A stretch of 64,000 bases of DNA from Cetorhinus maximus. Lineage: Eukaryota. A program made the position numbers and the translations under genes. Below, piece after piece: positions 25,637-38,171 of the stretch. Below the pieces are notes generated by a model. That model ran no database searches, was not told where the DNA came from, and saw nothing but the letters and a program-made list of their open reading frames with translations. The DNA lies in contig NC_135893.1 of assembly GCF_964194155.1 (NCBI RefSeq), forward strand, positions 89,218,001-89,282,000, read 5' to 3'. Every line of letters starts with the position of its first letter. Within the stretch, counting starts at the first letter, position 1.

Positions 25637-27145
25637 CTATACAGAGAAAATGCAAATAAAATTACGACAGAATCAGAGTGGAGTCCTGACTATGTTAATC
25701 CCGTTTAAATCTTAGGAACAGCTGGTCAAGAAAAACGACCCCACAGAAGTTGTCCCAAATTCCATATGAACACTCATCATATCTTACAATGTCTGTAGCA
25801 AAGACTTTTTCTTAAAATCATTCATAGGATTTGGGTATCACTGGCAAGGCCAGCATTTATTTCCCATCCCTAATTACCCTTGAGGAGGTGGCAGTGAGCC
25901 ACCATCTTGACCACTGAGTGTCTTGCTAGACCATGTCAGAGGGCAGTTAAGAGTTAGCTGTCAATGTAGCAGTAATACATTATCAGGGTCCAATGACAAT
26001 CATCTTGTTGACTGGCAATTACATTGCATAGCAATTACATTGTTAAGACAATTGCATTGTTAAAACAGGTGATGGGCATTGGCTCACCCATAAATGGGTG
26101 CCATTGTAACACTCCAGGGGGAAAGGGATTGGGAGAATCTATCACTCTGCTGAGTTGTCTTAAGGATAAACATGTCTGAGGTAAAAGACCAGCTTTAGAC
26201 TCGTTCTTCCATGATAAGCGCTTACTGGAATTAACATCAACCACATTGCTGTTGGTCTGGATTCACATGTAGCCAGACCCGGCAAGAGTGGCAGATTTCC
26301 TTCCCTAAAGAGCATTTTCTGAAACCAGATGGGGATTTTAGTACAATCCAGTCGTTACACGTTCACTATTACTAACACTAGCCTTTCAAACAAGATTTAT
26401 TAAATTAACTGAATTTGAATTCCCCAGCTACCATGGTGGGATTTGAACTCGTTGTCAGATCATTAACCCAGACTTCTGGATTATTAAAATAAAAATGGAA
26501 AATGCTCAGAACTGAAATGTTCATTAACCTGAAACGTTAACTCTGTTTCTTGCTCCGCAGGTGCTGTCAGGCCTGCTGAGTATTTCAGCATTTTCTGTTT
26601 TTATTTCTGATTTTGAGTAGTATTTTGCTCTTGTTCCTCTGGATTTCTAGACCACTAGGTTACTTTATCCAATATGTTTCCTTCAGTTAAATGTGTTTCT
26701 TTATGGGTCTCTTGTTCCCAACTTTCTATGGTTTTATTTAATGTTGTTTAACCTTAATGTCAAAACAGCCTAAAGTTTTAAGTATCCTGAGAATCATTGT
26801 ATTGGAATGATTTATGGAGCAGGGTCGTGGGAAGGTGAAGTTGTGTTTTTGGAGAAGAGAACGTTGTAAGCAGAGCTGGGAGAGACATGGGCAATGGTTA
26901 TATCACTGACCTGTCACATAGTTAAAGTTCATCGTTAACCAAATAGACTAAATAGCTTTTCCTCGAATATGGAAGATTAAGGGTAATGTAATTGAGGTGT
27001 TTAATATGATTAAAGGATGATAGGGTCAATAGACCAGAAACTATTTCCTTTGGTGGGAGAGTTGTAATGGCCCATATGCTTTGGGGATAAAGCCTATATT
27101 TGGTGTTGGAGTAATGGCCCCTTTAAGGACTAGGTTTTTCTAGGA

Positions 27146-27600
27146 CAGTGCTTCTCAAATCTTTTCCTGGTGTGACCCCACTTTTAATGCCTCAGACTTG
27201 GTTATGATCCCACAGTGGAAATATGGGGGTTACAAGGGTTATTGGGTCAGGGGGTGGGGGGCTTCATTTGTTGAACAGGAGGGGTGGAAGCTTCAGTTGT
27301 TGAACCAGGGGTGGGGTTGAGGGTTGAGAGTTGAGAGTTGGGGGGTGGAAACAGGATTTGAGCATGTAGAGAGTTGATGAAAAGGCAGGGTTTCTCAAAA
27401 AAAAACTTGCCCATTCATGGGCTTTTTTGCAGCAGCAATCTGGCCTCGCCAAGCAGTCCATTAAGCCGCATCCACCAACCAAAAAAAACATGCGTTCAAA
27501 GGGGCCTTGCAGCTGTCAGAAATTAGTCCAAGCTCCACGGTAGCCATTGAGCCTTAGAGCTCAAGACCCCAAAATCTCATCTCACAACCCAAAAGCCCTG
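27146..27600. mobile_element. Degenerate hAT (Charlie-like) element inside the solo LTR
   Basis: Starts CAGTGCTTCTCAAA, ends CCCTG; imperfect 8-bp flanks TTCTAGGA / CTCAAGGA. Confidence 0.45.
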
Positions 27601-28051
27601 CTCAAGGATATGATTACTGGTAAAGCAGCTGGCTTCCAGTAAATGATCATGTGACCAGGTTGCCTGGGAGATAAACAATAAAGAAAAAAAGGTCAACAGC
27701 TACACTTAAGGTGCTAGAGACGTGGAGAGGATGTTTCCTCTTGTAGGAGAATCTTGAAAATTTTGAACTACGGGTCATGGTTTAAAAATAAGGGGTCGCT
27801 CATTTAAGACAGAGATGAGGAGAAACTTTTTTCTCTCAATGGGTCCTGAGGCTTTGGAGCTCTTCCTCAAAAACAAGTAGAAGCAGGGTCTTTGAATATT
27901 TTTAAGGTAGAGCTAGATGGATTCTTCATTAAACAAGGGAGTGAAAGGTTATCGGGGGTAGTTGGGAGGTTACAGTCAGATCAACCATGATCTTATTGAG
28001 CAGCGGAGCAGGCTTGAGCGGTTGAGTGGCCTACTACTGCTCCATGTTCAT

Positions 28052-28680
28052 GGCTAGGATTTAAGTCCTGCAGGCGGGCATGCGCCCAACCCAAATGGAC
28101 GTGAAATAGTGCGAGACGACGTCAGGCAAGCATCCCGATGTCATCGTGCACTCGCACAACGTTTTGCTCGGTGTATGCGCACGGCAGTCGGAAGCGTACC
28201 TGTTGACAATTAAGTGGGCAATTAAGCCAATTAACGATGCAATCAACAATGACTTTATGCGTCCCGTCCACATTTACGGTTAGCAGACCGTGCGGCATTC
28301 ACACTTTTGTTCAAGCCTCGATCCAGGGTGGGATGAAATCTCCGTGGGGAAATAAAGCAAGAAGAGATATCTGGGCACTGGTTTTTTTTATGAGGTATGC
28401 TTTCAGGTGCTTGGCTGCGCCGCCTGGACTTATTTTGCAGCATTTTTGGCATGTCCTTTAGTCTGTGGAGGTCTGCAGCTCCCTGGGACAGCTGTCTGCC
28501 TTCAGGGAGCCCTCTGGAAACGCTCACCAGCACCCTCGGCTACATCGGCGCCCACTCTCTTCCAGCCCCCATCCCAGCTTTCAGCGCGTGTTTCAGGAGC
28601 CGATCGCGGCCAGAGGCCCATTTCCCGTCCGCTCCCGAGCCCGCTGATCGCACAAGCTCGACAACCGAAAAATTCAGGCC
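28052..28680. mobile_element. PIF/Harbinger-like MITE in a CR1 3' tail
   Basis: Ends GGCTAGGATTT / AAATTCAGGCC; TSD CAT. Confidence 0.75.
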
Positions 28681-29532
28681 CATATGTTCGTATGCCTGCA
28701 GTGAACGGGGAGTTTGCAACAGTAGGTCAGTTGGAGGAGATCTGAAGGGAAAACCTTGCCATAAGTGAGCGGAAGGTCCAAGATATCACAACCCTTATAC
28801 GAATCTTCAAATGAATAATCAGGCCAGGCAGTTAATCTTCCATGGGTGCAACTCCAATGGATTTAGAAGGAAATGTGACTTAAAGAGTTTTTTTTTAGAC
28901 TATAAGTAACTGAGTTCATTATAATTTTATTATCTTTAATGTAACCGACTGTTTTAAGATAGAGTGTATTTATCAGTATTTATGTTCTTTGATTGTTGTG
29001 TTCTTTTGTTTTAAACTGTGAACCTCGTGCTTAATTCTTGTAGTAAATACCTGGATTCTTTGATCCTAAAAATATATAATCACGTTACTGGTCTCTACTG
29101 AGATCATCACAATTGGTGGTCTCGCCTGGGATCATAACAGAGTTCAGAAAAAGGGGGCAAGCATAACCTTTAAAACTAGAGCCAGGTTGTTCAGGGTTGT
29201 TTTAAGGAAGCACGTCTTCACACAAAGGGTAGTAGAAATCTGGAACGCTCTCCCTCAAAAAGCTGTTGAGGCTGGAGGTCCAACTGAAAATGTCAAAACT
29301 GAGATTGATAAGGTTCTTGTTCGGTAAGGGTATTAAGGGGTATGGAATCAAGGTGGATAGATGAAGTTAAGGTCAGATCAGCCATGATCTAATTGAATGG
29401 CAGAATGTGCTTAAAGGGGCTGAGTGGCCTCCTCCTACTCCTATGTTTGGAAGAACCCTATTACTGGCAGTGGTGTCCATTAGAGATATGGCCATGCTGG
29501 TGTTGATCTCTCTTCCAAACAGACGGACTTAC

Positions 29533-29676
29533 TTGCAGCTAGGACTTCCTTTTCCACTAGGCCTTCACTTCTGTCATTGTCAACAGCCAACCAGTCGTTC
29601 ACCAAAAAGTAATAGCTGTTATTGGTCTGTAGATCCTTAATTATTACATGCTGCAGGTACCATGATGGGGTAAGAC
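29533..29676 (-). CDS. PKD1: PKD1 exon 28-equivalent (PLAT end), 144 nt
   Basis: tcactag|GT CTT...GCA A|gtaagt; LTPSWYLQHVIIKDLQT...FLVNDWLAV...GLVEKEVLAA; phase 1/1. Confidence 0.96.
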
Positions 29677-29889
29677 CTAGTGAGTAAAAGGCAGGCATAA
29701 TCAACATAACGACTGTCGACCCGGGATTGAGATAAGGATAGAAATAGGTTTCTGCGGGCAGCACTAATAGCTGCAACTATCATTTACAGTTGGAATGTTA
29801 ATTTTCATGTCAGATCATGGTGCTTTGTACTTAGACCAAAGATATACAATTGGCCATTGCTGCTGGTGACTGGTCAAAACTTCTGTTAC

Positions 29890-30060
29890 CTTTATTATCG
29901 TGCCAGACCCGAATCTTCCAGATGTTACCAAGGCTATTATCAGTTGCAATTTGAAATATGTCCACACTGTTCCTGTGAAAAGCATCCTCATTGTCCAGGT
30001 GTCTGTGACCACTCTTGTCCTCTCTGCCGTACAGGCTGATTCCCACGTGAGACGACGTGC
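29890..30060 (-). CDS. PKD1: PKD1 exon 27-equivalent (PLAT), 171 nt
   Basis: ccaacag|GC ACG...AAA G|gtaaca; TSSHVGISLYG...SGHRHLD...FHRNSVDIF...WKIRVWHDNK; phase 1/1. Confidence 0.96.
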
Positions 30061-31481
30061 CTGTTGGTTTGTGAAAGGCATCATAACACGTCACTCTCGT
30101 CAACTATTAATTTCACAACTCTTACTTTACTCTTTACAAACCTATATAAAAGGCTCATTAACAGTTCTCGGCACCCCATCAAATGGAAGGATGTCACTGT
30201 TCTCAAGATGGTAGAGAAAGAAAGGAGATTTGCATTTATACAGCACTTTTCATGACCACTGGATGTCTCAAGGCGCTTTACAGTAGTCACTGTTGAAATG
30301 TAGAAAATGCAGCAGCCAATTTTCTCACAGCAAGCCCCCAGAAACAGCAATGTGATAATGACCAGACAATCTGCTGTGTGAGGGATAAATATTGGAAAGG
30401 ACACCTGGGATAACTCCCATTCTCTTCTACGAAATAGTGCCATGGAATCCTTTACCGCCACCTAACAGGCCAGTTGTTCACCATTTAACGTCTCATCTGA
30501 AAGGTCGCACCTCTGACCATGCAGTACTCCCTCAGTGCTACACTGGAGCATCAGCCTTTATTTTTGTGTTCAAGCCCTGGGGTGGAACTTAAACTCAGAA
30601 CCTTGGGGCTCAGAGATGAGAGTGCTACCAGCGGAGTCACAGCTAACACAGAGCTAACCAACAAAGGTTGTTTTAGGCACCAGGAATTTCAAATATGAGG
30701 AAATGACAATTAAATTGGATACATTTCTTCCTGAAAAGGAATGACTTTGAAGGTCATCCAACAGAAGTTTCCAAAATGATGAAGGGGATTCAGAAAATCA
30801 ATCCAAGTAAATTGTTCATCTAGCTAAGGATTTGAATACCAGGGTCAGAATGTGGTTCTGGCCTGTGCAGGTCCAAGCCAGAAGGAAAGTCTTGTTGAAT
30901 ATTCTAATGCAACAATATCTTACACAGAGAAACACCGCTAAAGAAGGACGAAAAGCTCCTTTGTTGAAAACTCCTAGTTAATCCTATTCTATCTTGATAT
31001 TTACAAATATTCGACCTTGAGGCCTAAATCTGCAAAAGAGTGCAAGAAGCAACTGGGAAATTATTTTTTTTTTTCTGAAACTCATTCCTGTGTAGATAAA
31101 ATCAGAGACAAGGCGCTGTGAATAGAAGCTAGACACGGGAGGAGTGTGCAGAGAATCAAGGATAAGATATCTACACATATACACAAAGTATGCTCAAAGG
31201 AAAACTGTGGGACATTATTTGTCTCCCAGAAGTGAAGAGACTGCACAGTTAGAAACGATGAGAATCCATTTTATAATCTGGGTAAAACAGACTTGCCAGG
31301 TCTTACTTGTGACAGAGGAAATATGATTTTTTTTTCCCTTATCTAAATGAAACCATTCATTTCAAATGAGTTTCCAATCTTTCAGTTTTTAGTTCAACAG
31401 CTTTTAATGCCACAACCTTGGCACAAATAGCCTGTTAGCATGTCGAGACCCTTTGAAAGTGGGATAACTACGCTGAACAGC

Positions 31482-32195
31482 AATAAAAACAGAAAGTGCT
31501 GGAAAAGCTCAGCAGGCAGAATTTAGCCCTTGTCGGGCGGGCTCGGTGGGGGCGGGCAGGGGGGTTGGGAAGCTGACCGCCGCCCGCCATCGAGGCCAGA
31601 AGGCAATTTCACGCTGGCTTGAGAATCTCCCTGAGGCACGGAGCTGCCTCAGGGAGATGAAGAGTTTTTTTAAAAAAAATTAGAAAAACGTTATAAGTGA
31701 AATTTTAAAAATTTTATTTTGTTTTTATTTGATGTTGGAAACCTCATCCCGCCTGTGCAAAGGTTGGACGGGCAGCAAAAAAATTTAAGTTCATTGACTC
31801 TTCAATGGCTTTAATAGGCCTTTTAATTGTCGGCAGGCGTGCTGCCGATTCTCACGCGCTCCCGCCGTCTGAACTATTGCGTGGCTGCGCGTTGACGTCG
31901 GGGTGCTCGCCCGACATCAACACACGTCATCTCTCGCTCGAGCATGTCGAGCACGTGCCCACCCGCCGAGGTGAAAATTCTGCCCAGCAGGTCTGGCAGC
32001 ATCTGTGGAGAGAGAAACAGAGTTAATGTTTTGAGCCCAAAATGACTCTATGAAGACCCAATATGAAGAGTCATATTAGACTCAGAACATTAACTCGGTT
32101 TCTCCCTCCACAGATGCTGCCAGACCCTCTTGAGTTTTTTTCAGCATTTTCTGTTTTTATTTCAGATCTCCAGCATCTGCAGCATTTTGCTTGTA
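31482..32195. mobile_element. Penelope-like pseudo-LTR pair in inverted (fold-back) arrangement
   Basis: Arm aaaacagaaagtgctggaaaagctcagcag...gagagaaacagagttaa is mirrored by ttaactcggtttctc...cagcattttctgtttttatt. Related arms at ~635-735, 26490-26630 and 41687-41970. Confidence 0.65.
31515..31985. mobile_element. PIF/Harbinger-like MITE inserted in a Penelope-like repeat arm
   Basis: Ends GGCAGAATTT / AAAATTCTGCCC; interrupts ctcagcag|gtctggcagc; exact TSD ambiguous. Confidence 0.75.
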
Positions 32196-33093
32196 TTATT
32201 TATTTATTTTGCTTTTATTATTATGCTGAACAGCATATCCTCTCTGACGTGGTTACAGGTTGGGTGCAATTATGGTGCTATACCAAGTCTCCATTCAATA
32301 ATCAATACAACCCTATTTCACAGTGACCTTTACGCCAATGATAATTAGTGGGCGATGGTAGTGTAGTGGACTAGTAATCCAGGCCAATGCTCTGGGGGCA
32401 TGTGTTCAAATCCCACCACAGCAGTTGGTGGAATTTAGATTCAATTAATAAATCTGGAATATAAAGCTAGTCTCTCAGTGATGGTGATCGTAACAACTAT
32501 CATTGATTGTTGTAAAAACCCATCTGTTTCAATAATGTCCTTTAGGGAAGGAAATCTGCCATCCTTACCTAGTCTGGCCTACATGTGACCCAGCAATGTG
32601 GTTGATTCTTAACTGGGCAATTAGGGATGGGTGACAATTGTCTCACCAGTGATGCCCGTATACCATGAAAGAATAAAAGAAGTCTGAAATTTTAAATGTT
32701 CTGTTAGTAGGGTCGAGCGCAAGCTTGTAGTGTGCTTAGTTTCAATGCACAGTCACGTGAGGGGACCTGGAAGCCTCCCCAGAAGTTATCCGACATTTTG
32801 AAAACAAGAGGCTTCACCCTAACGATTTGGACTCTTAAAACCCCCAAAGTTTCCTCTGCTCTGGTGTTCCCTTCCCTCTTCCAAAGGAGTGGACCAACAA
32901 ATTCAATAGAAAAATTATCTGCATTACGTTCTAAAAAGTGGATGTAAATGTTACCATTGCGAAAAATCTTGGTTCACTTATTCCTTTGCTTGGACCAATG
33001 CTTCGTGATTCTCTTCAATGTGATGGGCCTCTGCGCCCTTCACTTTAGAACTGCTTAAGGAAATAAAAGACACAAGTGAACACGGCCTCTCAC

Positions 33094-33289
33094 CTGACCC
33101 TCTGCCCCATCCGGTTTTCACCAGGATCTCATATTTGTAGAATCCATCCTTTCCACATAAGGGGATGACTCCAACTCGATTAATGTCTATCAGGTCCAGT
33201 TTCCGAACAATGATGGCAGAGACAGCGTAGATGACAAAGCAGATGCCACACGTGAGCAAGACGATGTAATTCTTTATAACTGGTGAGGG
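33094..33289 (-). CDS. PKD1: PKD1 exon 26-equivalent (TM1, PLAT start), 196 nt
   Basis: ttgatcag|CCC...TCA G|gtgaga; NYIVLLTCGICFVIYAVSAIIVRKLD...YKYEILVKTGWGRGS; phase 0/1. Confidence 0.96.
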
Positions 33290-34899
33290 CTGATCAAAAG
33301 AACAGGAGGACAGAGAAGGAAAGGTTTTTTTTAAGTGCTCTCATCCCATCACATGTCTTCATTAATCATTCCAATGGCACGGAAATCAAAAAATCCTTGC
33401 ATGATTTAGGAATGGTGCCACAATTTGCACACGGAAGCCTTAAACACATAACCTGATAAACAGTAACAAAAGGCTGGACTATTTTGACTTTACTCATATT
33501 ATACTCTCTCCCAATGTCAGATTAACCACACATTGTACAATTCTCCCAATTAAAGTCAATGAAGCATAGAATGATGCAACAGGAGCCATTCGGCCCATTT
33601 CTCCAGTAGAGCTGTCCCATTAATCCCACTCACCTGCTTGTTCCCCATAGCCTGTAAACTTTTTTTCCCCTTCACGTATTTATCCAACTCGCTTTTGGAA
33701 GTTATTATTGAAACTGCCTCCACCACCCATTCAGGAAGTGCAGTCCTGACCATGACCATTTGCTGCGTAAGGCAAAACGTTTCCTCGTGTCCCAATAGAT
33801 GTGAGAGATGCATAATGGGCGGCTGACCCCAATATCACGCTATTGCCCAGAGTCAAAGGCCGGGATTTTCCGGCCCTGTCCCAGGTGGGACCTGCCGCCG
33901 GGTGAGGCGGTGCCCCAGCCAGACGTCCATTGACTTGCGGCAGGACCGGAATATCCCGGTGGCGGGTGGGTGGGGAAAATCCCACCCAAAGTGAGCCCAA
34001 AGAACGTTTCCTCTGCGGTTTAGGAGGGTGCAGCTAAAGCAGCATTCTGAGTCGACAGCCCCAATTTATGATTTATAATATTCACTGGGTCATGTTTGGA
34101 TGAGGAGGAATTTTCATTTGTCTCTCTCTGTGGACAAAAAGCTCCCTCGGGCCAATTGTGACCATTGTTGCGATGCTTTGTGGAGAAGTCTGTGACCCAG
34201 AACTCTTCCATTGGCCTGGCTGGAGGGCAAGCTAATCTTCATGAGACAATTGTCTTTTTTAATGGGATATTTGTCTCTACACAAGGAGTACTAAGCAGAA
34301 AGCTGGGAATCATTAAGGATGCTGCATGCAGCAATTTATCTCTCCACATGTATGCTCAGAGAAACCAAACGGCCTTTCTCTCTGCTATCTATCTTGTAAA
34401 TGGAGAGCAAAAAAAAGTCATCAGTTCTTTTTGGATCCTTTTCCATTTCGAGTTGCATTGTGCAGCTTGTGAAGATGTTGGAGGGGGAAATGTCGCAAAC
34501 ACCTTTTGCATTTGAATGCATGGTGCGCGACGAGAGCAATTCCTCCTCAAACATCTCTAAGATTTGTGGCTTTCAAAATCATTTAAAGCAGCAGCCAGTT
34601 AATAAGCTGCACATGTTTTGACCACACAAATACCCATCGCTTACAAACAACTGCGCAGGAAAGAATGGGGAGGTGAAGGTGGTGGTGGTGGGGGGTGGGG
34701 GTAGCAAATGTAATAGAAAATTGAGTGGGATACTCGATGGACCCCAAGACCAACTTCACCCCCCCCGATAAAATTGAGGAAAAATAAAAATACAGTAAAG
34801 TTTCAGGGGAAGAAGGTTTAATCTATCTTTCTCTTTCAAGCGCTGATCGACTGTCTACACAGTCACAGCATTTTTAAAAAGTACGTCTTACTTCAGAAG

Positions 34900-35215
34900 T
34901 CTGGCATTGGTAGGTTTTTCATTTTGGAGCTGGGGTAATTTTTGGGTTTTGGAGGAGGGGAGCTCTGACCATCTTCCCCCCACCCCCCGCCTTGCCACCA
35001 GAGTGTTTGGACCACGGGTTGCGCGTCTCTCGCGAAGCCTCCTGGTGGCGGAGCGCCTTCAAACACCAACTCCTTTTACCTTCCGGGGCCGAGGGAAATG
35101 AGTTTCCTGTGAGGAAACCTGCTGCTTGGAGCAAATGAAACTCAGCAGCAGGCAAAGGAACTTTAAACACGCCCTGCGCAGCAACGGAACAAAACCGGGC
35201 CACAAGCAGGTAAAC
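34900..35215. promoter_or_regulatory. CpG-rich non-repeat segment with CTCF-like motif (candidate internal promoter/insulator)
   Basis: Local CpG enrichment; GCCTCCTGGTGG at 35037-35048 resembles the CTCF core; outward-facing 5' splice sites on both strands. Confidence 0.35.
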
Positions 35216-37067
35216 ACAGCATTACTGCAGAAACGTCAGGCTACCAGAGCCAGATGGAAACCATTTGCTATGGCTCACTGCATTTTACTGTGACTGATCC
35301 TCCCACTCTGTGCCTCATTAAAGGCCAGTGCTGCCACATCAAACACGTTTTTAAAAAAAAATACAAACTTTGAGCCAATTTGCCCCTAGCCGGGGAACAG
35401 TCTATGTGGTCGATTTAATCATTACAACAACAACTTGCATTTAAACAGCGACTTTAACGTAGTAAAACCCCCCCCCCAAGGCATTTCGTAGGGGCACTAC
35501 GAGCCAACGTTTACCCGCGGGGCTGTGTAAGGAGATATTAGGAAAGGTGATCAAAAGCTTGGTCAAAGTGGCAGGTTTTAAGGAACTTCTTGAAGGAGGA
35601 AGGGGGGAAGCTTATTGGGGGGCGGGGGGGGGGGACTCCAGAGCTCAGGCCAGAGGCAGCTGAAGTCATGGCCGCCAATAATGGAATGGTGGGGAATGCT
35701 CAAGGTTATAAGCACAATCTAACCACGTAGACAGAATTAGCTTGTAATACAATCGCAAATTGCCGACCTGACATTTTCAAAGTCATGTTTTTTTTTCATT
35801 TTTTTTTACAGCGAGTGTTTCCATTAAAAACTGGAGGAAATGTAGACTGGAGGATAGGCCAAATCCTCAGCAATTCTCAGTAAAAGAAAAAGCCAAACAT
35901 AATTCTGCCACTGTCGCTAACCAGCCTTATGGTATTTGAAAACAGGAAAATGAGTCTCCATGCCTGAGCCAATGCCAGGCCGTGCACCACCTCAAACTGC
36001 TCCCGTCCCAATCATTCCCAGTGTCACAGCCGTATCCAGCACTTCCTCCTAATGTTCCACTGCCCAAATACATCCCACCCCCCTGCCAGATGCAACCCGA
36101 GTTTGGAAGGAGAGAATCTAGAATAGAATAGAAACCCAACTTACACAATTTCACCTTTTTTTTTTAATAGCGGGCCTGCTGGTGTGAGCTATGAGCTGAA
36201 TTGAAACCATTGGCAACGCGAAAGGGACAATGTCATCACAAAGGGCGGAATTTTCCCGTCCCTCCCACCAGCGGGATTTTCCGGTCCCACTGAAATCGGT
36301 GGACGTTTGAACGGCTCGCCACATTTTACAGCCCTGACCCACTGCGATGAAGCCATAAAACTCTGCCCAGCTTGGTGTGTAAAGAGAAGAATCACTGGTC
36401 ATCTTTCTCTTCATCACACCACATGCTTTGATGCCATTTATGTAGCGGCGTTGAGGCTGAAAAGTCAAATTTAAACTATCGATAGAAAATGTTTCCACCC
36501 TTAAGTAGATTCTGCCGCTTAAACACTGATGAAAGGCCCACTTCGATGGATCATCCTCTCCTAAGCCTTTGGCGCGACGCAGCCATTTTTTTATTCGAGC
36601 GATTTTGCTTTAAATAACTTTCGTGGAGTTCTATGAAGTCCAGGCAATTTGTTGAGTTATTTTGTATCACAAACAAATCCACTGAATTTCTCAGTCTTGG
36701 GTAGTGTTACACATGACCGGGTCAAGGACAGCGCTTGCCAGCAAGACTAGGCTTGAACAGGGAGGGGACTGGCTGAGTATTCAGTGGGGCTGGGTGGAGT
36801 GGACCCTTAGGTTTGAGGCTCTTCTCCAGCTGCAGACGGAGCACACACACATTATTCACTTGGATTGCCCTCTGTGCCCCAGATGTTTTATTTACATTGA
36901 AGGCGGCTGCACAGTGGTGGGCTGGATCCTCTCATGGTTAACCCCAAGTATAGCTTGTGACCTGCGGAATTGTCTCCCCAGCTAATAGGTAAATAGGCAT
37001 GGGGTAACACATTGGGCAGTCCACTGAAACCTTGGTTTTACTTCATTCAGCATATAAAATAATAACA

Positions 37068-37397
37068 AAATTGTTTCCCTTGATGGAGAATTCTAGAACC
37101 AGGGGCCATAGATTCAAGATAAGCGGCAGAAGGTGTAGGGGGGAACATGAGGAAGCACTTTTTTAGGCAGAGGGTAGTGGGTGTCTGGAATTTGCTGCCC
37201 AAGTTGGTGGTAGAGGCAGAAACTCTAAACTCTTTTAAAAAGTACCTGGATCTGCACCATAAGTGCTGTAAGCTGCAGGGCTATGGGCCGGGTGCAGGAA
37301 GGTGGGATTAGAAAGGGCATCTGGGTGTCCTCGGGCTGGCATGGACAAGATGGGCCGAATGGCCTCCTTCTGTGCTGTAACTTTTCTATGGTTCTAA
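37068..37397 (+). mobile_element. CR1 3' fragment, close sister of the 55651-56716 copy
   Basis: Nearly identical by eye to 56387-56716. Confidence 0.9.
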
Positions 37398-37918
37398 GTC
37401 CTATTTACATTGCATCTTCAACATAGTAAAACGTCTCAAGCAGCTTCACAGCATTATCAGACCAAATTTGACATCAAGCCACACAAGATGTTATAGAATC
37501 ATAGAATTGTTACAGTGCAGAAGGAGGCCATTCAGCCCATCGTGTCTGCACTGGCTCTCCGAATGAGCATTATGACTTCGTGCCAATCTCCGGCCTTTTC
37601 CCTGTAACCCTTGCACGTCATTTCCATTCAAATAAACAACTCATGCCCTCTTGAATGCCAGGATTGAACCTGCATCCAGTGCACTTCCAGGACAGGTGAC
37701 CAAGAAGCTTGGTTGAAGAGGCAGGTTTTTTTAGGAGCAATTTAAAGAGGAGAGAGAGAGGTAGGGAGTCTCAAGGAGGGAATTCCGGAACCTAGGGTCC
37801 AGGCAGCTGAGCACAGCCACCGATGATGGAGTGATTGAATTCCAGGATGTGCAAGAGGCCAGAGTTGGAGGAATGCAGAGTTTTCAGAGAATTTCACAGA
37901 CAGGCGTGAAGTACTCAC

Positions 37919-38171
37919 AGGATTGATGAAGATGACTGAATTAGGCGGCACAAAAAGGCTTGCTCCAAACGCTGTCAGGTGTTGTGTTAAGCATACGGCC
38001 ATGTCTGGCGTGGTATCTTCTAATGGCAAAATCCCATTAGTTTTCCAGCTCATTGCAGTCATATTGAAATACTGGCAAAGTGAAGTGTAGACCCCAACAG
38101 CAGCTTGTACAGAGGACGAGGTATAGAAATTTGTGATGTTCAAATAATAATCTTTTGTGGTGTCATCAGTA
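37919..38171 (-). CDS. PKD1: PKD1 exon 25-equivalent with GPS autoproteolysis motif, 253 nt
   Basis: attttcag|T ACT...AAT CCT|gtgagt; YTSLCQYF...WKTNG...AVCLTQHL|TAFGASLFVPP (HLT codons at 37973-37981); phase 2/0. Confidence 0.97.

Larger units (their letters stand above)
27063..29139 (+). mobile_element. Solo LTR with nested insertions, inserted into a CR1 fragment
   Basis: TGTAA...TAACA termini; 4-bp TSD GAGT (27059-27062 / 29140-29143); removing it rejoins a CR1 LFPLVGE..RG sequence. Orientation tentative. Confidence 0.8.

Noticed and set aside
34020-34620. Short minus-strand ORFs in unique intron 25 sequence as an extra PKD1 exon
   Set aside because: Interrupted by stops, and exons 25 and 26 already join in frame.
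36151-36610. ~150-codon open frame on the minus strand, and CTGATGA at ~36526 as a snoRNA/hammerhead box
   Set aside because: No recognisable protein similarity, part of the frame lies in a MITE, and there is no matching GAAA or D box in the right geometry.
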